Assembly: GCA_000092065.1 (NCBI GenBank)
Contig: CP000589.1
Strand: one strand, 5' to 3'
Length of the DNA stretch: 64,000 nt
Source of the DNA: Ostreococcus lucimarinus
Taxonomy: Eukaryota
Shown here: positions 55,832-64,000 of the stretch, piece after piece
Position numbering within the stretch: the stretch's first letter is position 1
Layout of the letters: each line of letters begins with the position of its first letter
Notes under the pieces: generated by a model
What the model was told of the DNA's origin: nothing
Databases searched by the model: none
Seen by the model: only the letters and a program-made list of their open reading frames with translations
Made by a program: the position numbers and the translations under genes

Positions 55832-57463
55832 TTATAGTAGCAGTTCAGAGAGTTCATTTCCTTCGTCTTGTCCATCGCCGCCGAGCGAAAGTTGTGCGAG
55901 TTTTGCCGCTTCGAATTCCGCGGACAACGCGCACAGTTCGTCGTAAATCAAACCTCGAACATCGGTATCTGTCAGATATTGGGCACCGTCTTCAAAGTCG
56001 AAGGTGAACGGCGACTCAGCGCACGGTTCGTCGACTTCATCGTGAAGCGATTCCAGGTATGGATGCGCCAACGCCTCCTCGACGGTGATGCGCCTCGCCG
56101 GGTCGAGCACGAGCATCTTATCCACCAAGTCCACCGCCTTGGGCGAAGCGTTGGGGAACAACTTTTGAAAGCTACATCGCGCGGTGACTGGAAGTGATTT
56201 GATGTAACGCTTCGCCTTTTCGTTGTTGATGAAATCAAGCTCGGATGGGTTTTGCGGCGTTCCGATGACGCGCATGATCAAATTCAATTGGTGCACGTAA
56301 TCTTTCCCCGGAAAGAGCGTCTTTCGCCCGAGCAACTCGGCGAAGATACAACCGACGCTCCACACATCGATAGCGCTCGTGTACTCGGCGCAAGAGAGCA
56401 ACAGCTCGGGCGCGCGATACCACCTCGTCACGACGTACTCCGTCATGAACTCGGACGCCTCCGCGTCCACGAGCGCGGTGCGCGCCAATCCAAAGTCACA
56501 AATCTTCAAATCGCAGTTCGCGTTCAATAATAAATTTCCAGGCTTCAAGTCTCGATGCAGCACGTCGGCGCTGTGAATGTACTTTAACCCGCGCAAAATC
56601 TGATAGACAAAGTACTGACAGTGCTCATCCGTCAGCGACTGCGAACTGCGAATGATTTGGTATAAATCGGTGTCCATGAGATCGTACATCAAATAAACGT
56701 CCTCAAACGCATCCTTCGCGCGAGGTTTCACGCAATCGATGATATCGATCACGTTCTCGTGCCTCAAGTGTCGCAACAGCTTGATTTCCCGCAGCGTCCG
56801 CTTCGCGTCCACCACGTTCTCGAACGCGTTCACAATCTTCTTAATCGCCACCTTTCTATTCGTCTCCAACTCTCTCGCGCTACACACCACCCCGTACGCC
56901 CCCTTCCCGATCGGTTTTATGGGCGCATACTTGGCGTCCACCTCGAACACCGTCCCGCACACGGCGAACTTGGACGTCACCGCCGCCGTCCCCCGTCCCG
57001 ACCGTCCTTCCCTCTCCCGTCGCGCCTTTCGTCGTTTCGCCCTCGCCGCGCGCACGACGTCATCCCCACCACCGTTCTCGTCCCCTCCCTCGACCCCTCG
57101 TCGTCGTCGTCGTCGTCGTCGTCGTTCGCTCGCGTTCGCGTCTCGCGTCCCCTCGCCCGCCTCCGATTCGCTCTCGTCCGTCGTCGTCTCCGTGCGCGAC
57201 GCGCTCTCCGATCCCGTGCACTGCGAGTCGTCGTCCTCCGTCGTGCTCATGTACGCCCGCGCGTCGTCGTCGTCGCCGTCGTCGTCGTCGCGAATTCGCG
57301 TCGCGCCGTCTGCAATCGCGTCGTCGTAATCATCGTCGCTTTTCGCGTCGCGCGCCGCGGCGCTCGCGCGCCGCGCCGCGTCGTCGTCCGCGAACGCGCC
57401 TCGCCCGCGTCCCGCGCGCGCGTCGCGCGGCGACGGCGTCTCCGCGCTCGACGCGCGCGCCAT
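55832..57463 (-). CDS. mitogen-activated protein kinase (TEY activation loop, ERK-type) with acidic/Arg-rich N-terminal extension
   Basis: [49 protein letters not shown] domain near the C-terminus. In-frame ATGs exist at 57721, 57463 and 57250. 57463 was chosen because the 57721 start would lie inside the divergent PRMT coding region. Confidence 0.9.
   Translation of the reverse strand: MARASSAETPSPRDARAGRGRGAFADDDAARRASAAARDAKSDDDYDDAIADGATRIRDDDDGDDDDARAYMSTTEDDDSQCTGSESASRTETTTDESESEAGEGTRDANASERRRRRRRRRGVEGGDENGGGDDVVRAARAKRRKARREREGRSGRGTAAVTSKFAVCGTVFEVDAKYAPIKPIGKGAYGVVCSARELETNRKVAIKKIVNAFENVVDAKRTLREIKLLRHLRHENVIDIIDCVKPRAKDAFEDVYLMYDLMDTDLYQIIRSSQSLTDEHCQYFVYQILRGLKYIHSADVLHRDLKPGNLLLNANCDLKICDFGLARTALVDAEASEFMTEYVVTRWYRAPELLLSCAEYTSAIDVWSVGCIFAELLGRKTLFPGKDYVHQLNLIMRVIGTPQNPSELDFINNEKAKRYIKSLPVTARCSFQKLFPNASPKAVDLVDKMLVLDPARRITVEEALAHPYLESLHDEVDEPCAESPFTFDFEDGAQYLTDTDVRGLIYDELCALSAEFEAAKLAQLSLGGDGQDEGNELSELLL
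57098..57124. repeat. (TCG)9 trinucleotide run, coding
   Basis: Seen directly; encodes the poly-Arg stretch (RRRRRRRRR) in the MAPK N-terminal extension (minus strand). Confidence 0.9.
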
Positions 57464-57506
57464 TGTGCGCCACCGCGCGCCGTCGTCGGTCCATCGCGGC
57501 GTCGCG

Positions 57507-59135
57507 ATGCCGGCGCTCGTCCTCACGCGCGCGGGCTGGGCGCGCGCGAGCGACGTCGACGACGACGACGACGACGCGACGCGCGACGTCGCCGCGGCGC
57601 TGTGGACGACGACGACGTGGCTGGACATGCTGAACGACGGGCGGCGAAACCGAGCCTTCGCGCGGGCGATCGAACGCGACGTGACGCGAGGCGATCGATG
57701 CGTGGACGTCGGCGCGGGCACTGGGATACTCGCGGCGATGCTCGCGCGGGCGTGCGGACGCGAGGGAGGCGTGGTGGCGGTGGAGGAGTACGCGCCGTGC
57801 GCGGCGCTGGCGAGAAAAATCGTCGGCGGCGACGGGATCGACGTGCGGTGCGCGCGAAGCGATGAGGTGGTGTGCGAGACGGAAAACGAAAGGTTTGACG
57901 TGATGTGCGCGGAGTTGTTGGACTCGGAGCTCGTGGGAGAGGGATGGTTGAAGACGGCGCGCGAGGCGAGACGAAGGCTGACGCGCGGACGAGGCGCGAC
58001 GATACCGAGACGAGGGAGGACGCACGCGAGGTTGGTGCGATGCGAAAAGGCGGCGAAATATTACGGTGCGATCGGTGACGCGGCGAGCGCGGCGGGGGAG
58101 GGGGTGGTGTGGTGTCGAAGCGCGAGGCAGGCGCACGCGCGCGCGTGGAGACGAGAGATGGAATCGTTATCCGACGACGTCTTGGCGCACGAGTTCGATT
58201 TCGAGAACGTGCCGGAGGAAGGACGCGCCGCGACGTGGGAACGCGAGTGGAAAGTCGTCGACACCGCCGGGCGCGCGGATGCGGTTTTGGTGTGGTGGGA
58301 GGTGGACGTCGATTCAGAGGGCGATGCCCGGTATTCGACGCGTCCGACGCCCGACGCTCCCTGGACGCACCATTGGCGGCAAGTCTTGTTCGTCGTTCCC
58401 GAACACGCGCGCGGTGGAATTTTGAATGGCGATGGAAAGGTGCGCTTTGTCGCCACGCACGACGATTACTCGCTGAAAATCGGGATTCAAACGTCCGAGA
58501 CTCTCGGCGCTCGGGCGGACGCCGCCGGCGTCCCGGACCCGCCCGTCGAAGCGCCTTGGCTCGATCCATTGAGACGGTGCGCGCGGGGAGAGAGCACGTC
58601 GTACCGTCTTCGCGCGGTTGGGATGCGTTTGCCCGAATTCGTCGCGAGCAAGGCGCGACTCGGCGTCGTGTGCGGCGTCGATTTGTCGAGCGCCAACGCG
58701 CTCTTGCGTCCTGAAGACGACGACTTGCCCGACGACGCACCGATCGGGTGCGAAAAGTTCGACGCTCCGATTTCATGGTTCCACGTGTTTGAGCTCGGTG
58801 GCGGTCCGCACGACGCCGACGCCGTCGCGACCTCGCCCGAGACGCTCTTTGAATTCGGCGACGAATCGTCCTCCTTCGCCGTCGGCGCTCGCGCCGTCGC
58901 GACGCTCCGCGCGGACGCCCCGTTCGACGCCGTCGTCGTCTACATCGACGCCGAAGACGATGTCGATCCGTTCGATCCCGAACGCGACGCGTTCGCCACG
59001 CCCTTTTCCATCGCGAGACGTCGTCAAGGCGTTCTCATCGTTCCGGAACGCTCTCGCGCTCCATCGCTCCAAGTTTGGTGCGCCGCCGTTCCCGGCGACG
59101 AGGGATTCCGATTCGGCATTCTCGCCTCATCGTAA
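57507..59135 (+). CDS. protein arginine N-methyltransferase (PRMT family; long, possibly PRMT7-like two-module)
   Basis: SAM-binding motif I ([18 protein letters not shown]), post-I acidic (VAVEEY), and THW loop ([15 protein letters not shown]). The ORF-track start at 57465 is GTG; the first ATG is 57507. Confidence 0.8.
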   Translation: MPALVLTRAGWARASDVDDDDDDATRDVAAALWTTTTWLDMLNDGRRNRAFARAIERDVTRGDRCVDVGAGTGILAAMLARACGREGGVVAVEEYAPCAALARKIVGGDGIDVRCARSDEVVCETENERFDVMCAELLDSELVGEGWLKTAREARRRLTRGRGATIPRRGRTHARLVRCEKAAKYYGAIGDAASAAGEGVVWCRSARQAHARAWRREMESLSDDVLAHEFDFENVPEEGRAATWEREWKVVDTAGRADAVLVWWEVDVDSEGDARYSTRPTPDAPWTHHWRQVLFVVPEHARGGILNGDGKVRFVATHDDYSLKIGIQTSETLGARADAAGVPDPPVEAPWLDPLRRCARGESTSYRLRAVGMRLPEFVASKARLGVVCGVDLSSANALLRPEDDDLPDDAPIGCEKFDAPISWFHVFELGGGPHDADAVATSPETLFEFGDESSSFAVGARAVATLRADAPFDAVVVYIDAEDDVDPFDPERDAFATPFSIARRRQGVLIVPERSRAPSLQVWCAAVPGDEGFRFGILASS

Positions 59136-59161
59136 CGACGCGCTCGAGCGTCGACGTCTCG

Positions 59162-59199
59162 ATCGTTTAGTTTAGGATTCAATCGTTTAGTTTAGGATT
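59162..59199. repeat. AT-rich 18-bp tandem duplication (atcgtttagtttaggatt x2) in intergenic spacer
   Basis: Seen directly between the PRMT stop and the next ATG. It is the most AT-rich patch in the window. Confidence 0.8.
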
Positions 59200-59249
59200 A
59201 GCGTTGGCTCGTTCGGCGCACCGCCGGCGCGCGTCACATCGCGCCGACG

Positions 59250-60200
59250 ATGTCGCTCGCGCGCGCGCGCGCCTCCGGCCCGACGCCCGCGCGCGCGTCG
59301 ACGTCGACGTCGACGTCGTCGTCGTCGCGCGCGCGCGTCGTCGCGCTCACGCGTCGCGCCGCGCTCGTCGCCGCGGTCTCGCTCGTCGCGCCCGGCCGCG
59401 CGCGCGCCGACGCGTTCGCCGACGCCGACGCGTTCGCCGACGCCGGCGAATCGCCCGCGGTCGGCGCGTGCGCGGATTGCATCGGCGAGTACAACGGGTA
59501 CCTGAACTCGTGCGATCGCGCGTCGTCGTCGTGCGTGTCCTCGCAGAACGACGACGCGGAGAGATTCGTCGCGCCGTGGGCGTACGAGGGCGACCGCGCG
59601 ACGGCGATGCGACGCCTCGTCGACGTCGCGACGGGACGCGCGACGCCGCGAGGCAGGGCGCTGTCGCAGCGCGGGAGCGGGATCGGGGCGAGGACGGGCG
59701 ACGGGCGCGCGCGCGACGGGTTGTCGTTCGTCGCTCGCGCGGAGGCGTACGACGAATCGAGCGGATACGTGCGGTTGGCGCTCGCGCCCAAGACGCGAAA
59801 CGACGCGAACGGTGGATTCGGGGCGAAGGTCGCGCTCGACGGGAACGACGTCGACGTCGCGGGCGTCGGCGTGTTCGACGCGGAATTTCTGTTCATCGCG
59901 AACGACGAAGTGGTCGACGTGCGCGTGGCGCAGCGCGGCGGTAACGCCGAGAATCGCGGGGTGTTTCGATTGAGTTACACCGATGGCGTGGCGTTCGATA
60001 CGAATCTCGCGAGGGCGCGCGCCGAGGAGCTTCGCATCGCGATCGGGTGGGAAATCCTCCCAGTCATAGCCGCGTTCGATCCGAAGTGGAGCGACAAAGA
60101 GCGACTTTGGTTTGAGAAATTATTCGACGCCGCCGCGGGGCGTCCGGCGCCGGAGACGAACGATCTACGCGACATGCGCGACACGTACTCGTACGAGTGA
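59250..60200 (+). CDS. putative thylakoid-lumen protein with bipartite transit/twin-arginine signal (DUF1499-like)
   Basis: The Ser/Thr-rich leader is followed by TRRAALVAAVSLVAPGRARA|DAFA (RR + hydrophobic + AxA). The mature part contains CVSSQ (DUF1499-like NCVSS motif, from memory). Real ATG. Confidence 0.5.
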   Translation: MSLARARASGPTPARASTSTSTSSSSRARVVALTRRAALVAAVSLVAPGRARADAFADADAFADAGESPAVGACADCIGEYNGYLNSCDRASSSCVSSQNDDAERFVAPWAYEGDRATAMRRLVDVATGRATPRGRALSQRGSGIGARTGDGRARDGLSFVARAEAYDESSGYVRLALAPKTRNDANGGFGAKVALDGNDVDVAGVGVFDAEFLFIANDEVVDVRVAQRGGNAENRGVFRLSYTDGVAFDTNLARARAEELRIAIGWEILPVIAAFDPKWSDKERLWFEKLFDAAAGRPAPETNDLRDMRDTYSYE

Positions 60201-60331
60201 TCGCCTCGCGTCGCGTCGCGTTGTAGTGTTCATCGATTTGTTTGTACCGCGCCGTCACCGCGCCTCGATTTGTTTGGACCGCGAGCTCGAGCTCGCGGTC
60301 CCGAAGCTGCACACTTCAAACCTCGGCGACG

Positions 60332-60844
60332 ATGGCGATCTCCGAGCTCGCGCGCAAGGTGTTCCTGACGTACTTCGTCACCCACATCCCCGCCACGATG
60401 CTCATCGACGCGCAGGTGGTGTTGCCGCCGCGCGTCGTCCCGACGTTTGCGCGAAACGCCCTGCGTTGGCACATCTCCACGAATAACGACGTCTTGATGG
60501 CGCACCAGCCCGCGTGGTTGCGGAGTTTGGTGATGTGTGAGCTCGTGTTCCAACTGCCGTTCTTCTTCGTCGCGATATCGGCGCTGCGTCGAAGAGATGA
60601 GGGCGCGAAGGGGTGGTTGTTGGCGTACGGCGCGCACACGGCGACGACGCTCGCGCCGATTTTGCAATACATTTGGGAGAGCGACGCGATCGCGAGCGAG
60701 CTCGAGCGATGGAAGTTGATTGGGGTGTATTCGCCGTATCTCGTCGTACCGCTGTGGATCGTGTCGTGCACGATCGGAGAGGGGAAGATTTTCGTCGACG
60801 CGAAGACGGCGAGGAGCGCGTCTTCGAGGCGGAAGCGGGCGTAG
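60332..60844 (+). CDS. TMEM97/sigma-2 receptor (EXPERA domain) homolog
   Basis: Four TM helices collinear with human TMEM97: FLTYFVTHIPATMLIDAQVVLP, AWLRSLVMCELVFQLPFFFVAISAL (compare SFLFCELVFQLPFFPIATYAF), TATTLAPILQYIWE, VYSPYLVVPLWIVSC. The ORF-track start is TTG; the first ATG is 60332. Confidence 0.85.
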   Translation: MAISELARKVFLTYFVTHIPATMLIDAQVVLPPRVVPTFARNALRWHISTNNDVLMAHQPAWLRSLVMCELVFQLPFFFVAISALRRRDEGAKGWLLAYGAHTATTLAPILQYIWESDAIASELERWKLIGVYSPYLVVPLWIVSCTIGEGKIFVDAKTARSASSRRKRA

Positions 60845-60953
60845 GTCGCGGTGAGTTGACGGTCACTTTTAGTATTGAAAATGATCAAAACTGCCGAGTG
60901 GTGTTGGTCACTCGTCATGAGGAAAACTGTTCTTCGTTCGAAACGAGACGTCC

Positions 60954-62423
60954 CTAGTTCGGGACGTTGTGGATCACCTTGCCGGCGTCGATGGAGATGA
61001 TGTTCGCGGGCGCGTTGGCGGCGCGAACGAAGCCACCGCTGTCTCTGCAAGGAAGGTCACAGCCCCAGAGATTGCCGTTGCCGTCGAGAAGCCAGAGCGC
61101 GGTGGCGCCGACGGTGATTTGACTGATCGTTGCGGTCGAGAGCGCACTCGGAATGGAGATTGTGGACCAGTCGCCGGTCATGTCCGAGGCTTTTCGTTTC
61201 AGCGTCCTTCCATCTTGGTATACGACGAACGCGTCCGAATCGCCGACTTCGACCTGCTTGACGGTTTTTACGTGTTGACGAACCCATCCGCCATTAGGCA
61301 GTTCCGCGCTCCACATATTGTGTTGCTTGTTCATGTGAAAGTGGTGCGTGCGACCGATGGTCACTTGGACACCTTTTCCGCCGCCGTCATCGGCGAAACC
61401 CCAATCGCCCGAGCCGTCGACGGGACGACTCCACATGTATCCGCCGGAGGTGTGTATACTCGTGTCCGTGACTCCGATGAGCGCATCGTAGCCCGCGTCA
61501 AAGTCAACCATGGTGCCTTGGGCGACGCCGTTGGCTACGGGATTGTTGGTTGCCGTATTCCAGTTATCGCGAGAGAACTGATTGAGGTCGGCGTTACGCG
61601 TCCAGGCGAGAGTTCCAGTCACGGTATTTAAACCCCACGTGTTGAACTCTCCCGAACTCACCGAGGTAAAGTGACCTTTGTAGTTACGCCAGACATCAGT
61701 TTTCGCCACCGATTCTTCGATTCCCCAGACGTTGTCCGCGTCGCCGGTCGCCGGACCGGTGCACGCGATGAGCTTCACCGTCAGCGGGCACCGCTCGAGA
61801 CATCCAGCCCACGTCGTCTCGAATCGACGCACGCCGTCGACGAGCCGCATGCTCGACCTTTTCGGAATCACGCGATTTCTGTACGCGCCCCCGCCCGCGG
61901 GGACGTTTGCCAGGCACGTCGCGTTCGCGAGTTCGCCCGTCGCCGGAAACCGCTTGTTGTGCCCCAGTTCGAAGATGGTCTCGCCTCGCGCGTTCACCAG
62001 CCCGAACCCGATCTCCTCTCCCGCGCGCACGCGCGCTCGGCCGACGTATATCGTCGACCATCCGCTCTGCGTCAGCTCGACCCCGCCCGCGCGTCGGCTC
62101 GCGCCGCCGAACTCTTCAATCGGATCGTCCCCTCGTCGCAGCAACCGCACGCTCGCGATGTCGGACGCGTAGAAGTCCTCTATCGGCGAGCGATCGACGA
62201 CGTCGAGCTCGATGCACCCGACGTCGACCTGAAACTGCACCTCGAACGGCGCGCCGGCGCCCTCGCGAGACGCGCGCCCGCGCGCGACGATCGACGCGAC
62301 CGCGACGGCGACGACGGCGACGGACGCGATCGTCGCGCGGCGTCGGCGGTGACGCGCGACGTCGAGCTCGTTCGCCGCGCGGAGCAGCGCCGTGGACTCC
62401 GTCGCGTCGCGCGCGGGCGCCAT
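60954..62423 (-). CDS. type II membrane protein with tectonin/beta-propeller-like repeat ectodomain (hypothetical)
   Basis: N-terminal signal-anchor (IASVAVVAVAVASIV). Repeated hydrophobic-x-x-G...W blocks (ITVGATALWLLDGNGNLWGCD, VEVGDSDAFVVYQDG, WSTIYVGRA) reminiscent of tectonin/tachylectin propeller blades. Several Cys. Real ATG. Family assignment is weak. Confidence 0.4.
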   Translation of the reverse strand: MAPARDATESTALLRAANELDVARHRRRRATIASVAVVAVAVASIVARGRASREGAGAPFEVQFQVDVGCIELDVVDRSPIEDFYASDIASVRLLRRGDDPIEEFGGASRRAGGVELTQSGWSTIYVGRARVRAGEEIGFGLVNARGETIFELGHNKRFPATGELANATCLANVPAGGGAYRNRVIPKRSSMRLVDGVRRFETTWAGCLERCPLTVKLIACTGPATGDADNVWGIEESVAKTDVWRNYKGHFTSVSSGEFNTWGLNTVTGTLAWTRNADLNQFSRDNWNTATNNPVANGVAQGTMVDFDAGYDALIGVTDTSIHTSGGYMWSRPVDGSGDWGFADDGGGKGVQVTIGRTHHFHMNKQHNMWSAELPNGGWVRQHVKTVKQVEVGDSDAFVVYQDGRTLKRKASDMTGDWSTISIPSALSTATISQITVGATALWLLDGNGNLWGCDLPCRDSGGFVRAANAPANIISIDAGKVIHNVPN

Positions 62424-62567
62424 GACGCGTCGGAATGTGCGGAGTGGGGTGCCATGAATGACGCGTCGTCGGAATGGGGTGTTACAACGGTTGGCGGAGC
62501 CCTGACTGACCCGGCGCGGCGCGCGGAGGATTTCGATCGATCGCGCGCGCGACGATCGAACGATGGG

Positions 62568-63971
62568 CTACGCGCGAACGGCCTGTTGAACGAATGATTT
62601 CGACGCGCTCGCCACGATGAAGACGTCGGCGCGCTCGAGCGAAGCGCCGACGATTTCGCGGGGCGAAAACGACGCGGCGGCGCGCTCGAGCGCGACTCGC
62701 GCGGGCGCGAGCATGCCCGGGACGAAAGAATAAAGCGCCGGCTCGTCTGCGCAAAGAAACACGAGGCGTGATCTACCGTCCAGGTCGTCGTCTTCGAACC
62801 ACCTGAAGTCGATGATTGGTTTTCTGTGAACGAAGACGGCGAGCGGAGCTCCGTCGTCGGCGTCGTTCCCGGACGCCGGCCATAGAAATAAAACCTTGTC
62901 GTTGTGGCTCGCGCACAGAGTCGCGAGCATCGTCTTACACGAACTCAGCGCCAGTCGCACGCCCGCTCGTTCGATACCTCGCGCGTCGCACGCCAAAGTT
63001 TTCTGTTCAAACCGCGCGACTTTTTCGTATCCGTCTCCGCGCTGAGACTCGCGGAAAATTCTCGTCGATGCCGTCGCGTCGCACGTCAGCGGGTGCGTGA
63101 GCGCGCGCGTGATCCGCCAAGTCAATTCATCGATCCATAAAAGGGCCTCGTTCGACACGCACGTGACGATGAGACGTCCATCCTTCGCCCGAACGCTCGG
63201 CGCCGACGCGCCTCGAATCGTCGCTCGCCGGAGGCCTTCGGCCGAAAAAATCTCCAGCGCCGGTCGCGCCTCCACCGCGCACGAATCGTCATAAATTAGA
63301 ATCTCCTGCCCCCCTGCGCCGCCAAACTCGATCATCTGCGCATCGAAGCCCGGAGGCAAGCGAAACGAGATCGCGCCTTCGTACGGCGCCGTCGCCGAGA
63401 ACACCTCCACGCGTTCGCGCGCTTCGTCGTCGCGCGTCACGAACGCCATCCACCGTCCATCTCGCGACCGCGCGTGCGCGCTAAATCTGGAGCTACTCTT
63501 CCTCGCGTGCGCGATTCGAACGAAGTCGAATCCGTCTCGGTCGTCGAGCATCGTCGTCGACGCGTCGCCGTCGCCGGCGAACGCGAGCGCGCCGTCGCCC
63601 GCGCGGAACGCCCGCGAGCACGCCCCGATGCCGCGCGCGACGCGCTCGAGCGTCAACCCGCGGTCGTCGACGGTGACGACGCACGCGGTGCCGTCGTCGA
63701 GGACCACCGCGCAGACGTCGCGCGTCGCGTGCCAAGCGACAGACGCGATTGTGCTTTCAAACTGTATCGCCTTCCCGACGCGTTCGTCGACGCGCGCGGC
63801 GCGCCGGAGCGTCAGATGGACGCCATCGCGCACGAGCGCGCGCGTGCGGTCGGGGCTGAGCGCGACGGAGCCGCGAAGATCGCGGTCGTCGAGCGCGAGG
63901 GCGGGCATGCTGTGCGGCTGGCGCCGGCGCGCGTCGCGCCGGCAGTCGGTGGCGCGGTCTATCTCTCGCAT
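62568..63971 (-). CDS. hypothetical protein (possible beta-propeller fold), function unknown
   Basis: 467-aa ORF with a real ATG at the window edge. No motif I can assign. Periodic hydrophobic beta-strand-like blocks (ILIYDDSCAV, VLFLWPASGNDAD). It could be partly a GC-bias artefact. Confidence 0.3.
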   Translation of the reverse strand: MREIDRATDCRRDARRRQPHSMPALALDDRDLRGSVALSPDRTRALVRDGVHLTLRRAARVDERVGKAIQFESTIASVAWHATRDVCAVVLDDGTACVVTVDDRGLTLERVARGIGACSRAFRAGDGALAFAGDGDASTTMLDDRDGFDFVRIAHARKSSSRFSAHARSRDGRWMAFVTRDDEARERVEVFSATAPYEGAISFRLPPGFDAQMIEFGGAGGQEILIYDDSCAVEARPALEIFSAEGLRRATIRGASAPSVRAKDGRLIVTCVSNEALLWIDELTWRITRALTHPLTCDATASTRIFRESQRGDGYEKVARFEQKTLACDARGIERAGVRLALSSCKTMLATLCASHNDKVLFLWPASGNDADDGAPLAVFVHRKPIIDFRWFEDDDLDGRSRLVFLCADEPALYSFVPGMLAPARVALERAAASFSPREIVGASLERADVFIVASASKSFVQQAVRA

Positions 63972-64000
63972 AAAACTACGGCGCGGCGCCGCGCGGGAGC

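Noticed and set aside
55832-57721. Full 629-aa MAPK ORF starting at ATG 57721
   Set aside because: The first 86 codons overlap the PRMT gene's N-terminal coding region on the other strand and are Ser/Arg low complexity. An internal ATG (57463 or 57250) is more plausible, though this is not proven.
1-64000. Prokaryotic-style features (operons, RBS, CRISPR arrays, IS elements, defence islands)
   Set aside because: Gene content is eukaryotic (snRNP SmF, NudC, golgin, MAPK, Pol theta, BUD13, L6e). Genes alternate strands with unrelated functions. No direct-repeat/spacer arrays or terminal inverted repeats were seen. At least one gene requires splicing.

Overview
Genome type. This is 64 kb of very GC-rich, gene-dense nuclear DNA from a eukaryote, not a prokaryote. 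The neighbouring genes are unrelated in function, there are no operons or ribosome-binding sites, and GC3 codon bias is extreme (GCG, CGC, GAC). The gene content (PPDK, phage-type organellar RNA polymerase, fibrillin, an N-myristoylated ARA6-type Rab, a TAT-signal lumenal protein, and many plastid or mitochondrial presequences) points to a green alga. The compaction (about one gene per 1.6 kb, intergenic spacers often 26-250 bp) fits a Mamiellophyceae-like picoalga such as Micromonas, but that is inference only.

Gene calls. I can support about 40 protein-coding genes. In reading order they are: a 5'-partial WH2/VCA-module protein, an enoyl-CoA hydratase, IMPACT, a DUF1415-like protein, the golgin CASP, PPDK, a CLC channel, PP2C, a TALE homeobox protein, a TBC-PX protein, SmF, NudC, a HEAT/CLASP-like protein, a p47-like SEP-UBX protein, a GYF protein, TsaE, an Hsp70 nucleotide-binding-domain-only ATPase, DNA polymerase theta, a kinase+KEN (IRE1/RNase L-type) protein, a PWWP/Tudor reader, UCH, UEV/MMS2, Mic10, an ARA6-type Rab5, a SpoU methyltransferase, TraB, glucose-6-phosphate 1-epimerase, the T7-like RNA polymerase, ribosomal protein L6e, BUD13, fibrillin, a TPT/NST transporter, a TEY MAP kinase, a PRMT, a DUF1499-like lumenal protein, TMEM97/sigma-2, a tectonin-like type II membrane protein, and two orphan ORFs. 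I found no rRNA, convincing tRNA, CRISPR array or transposon.

About the ORF track. It uses bacterial start codons (GTG and TTG are rendered as M), and the GC bias keeps antisense frames open for hundreds of codons. I therefore re-set many starts to the first real ATG and treat most Arg-rich ORFs as artefacts.

Main things worth a second look:
- A soluble kinase+KEN endoribonuclease with an unrecognised ~800-aa N-terminal region; it has neither the IRE1 lumenal/TM layout nor the RNase L ankyrin layout.
- Spliceosomal introns near the start codon in PP2C (well supported by homology) and L6e (plausible), each with a G|GTRCG donor and a CTGAC branch-point-like motif upstream of the AG.
- An ARA6-type (MGC start, no C-terminal Cys) Rab5.
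- A fibrillin gene and a transporter gene whose candidate start codons overlap in a CATG palindrome.
- An Hsp70 that stops after the nucleotide-binding domain.
- An unannotated 73-aa Mic10 gene.
- Extremely tight tandem and convergent gene spacing.
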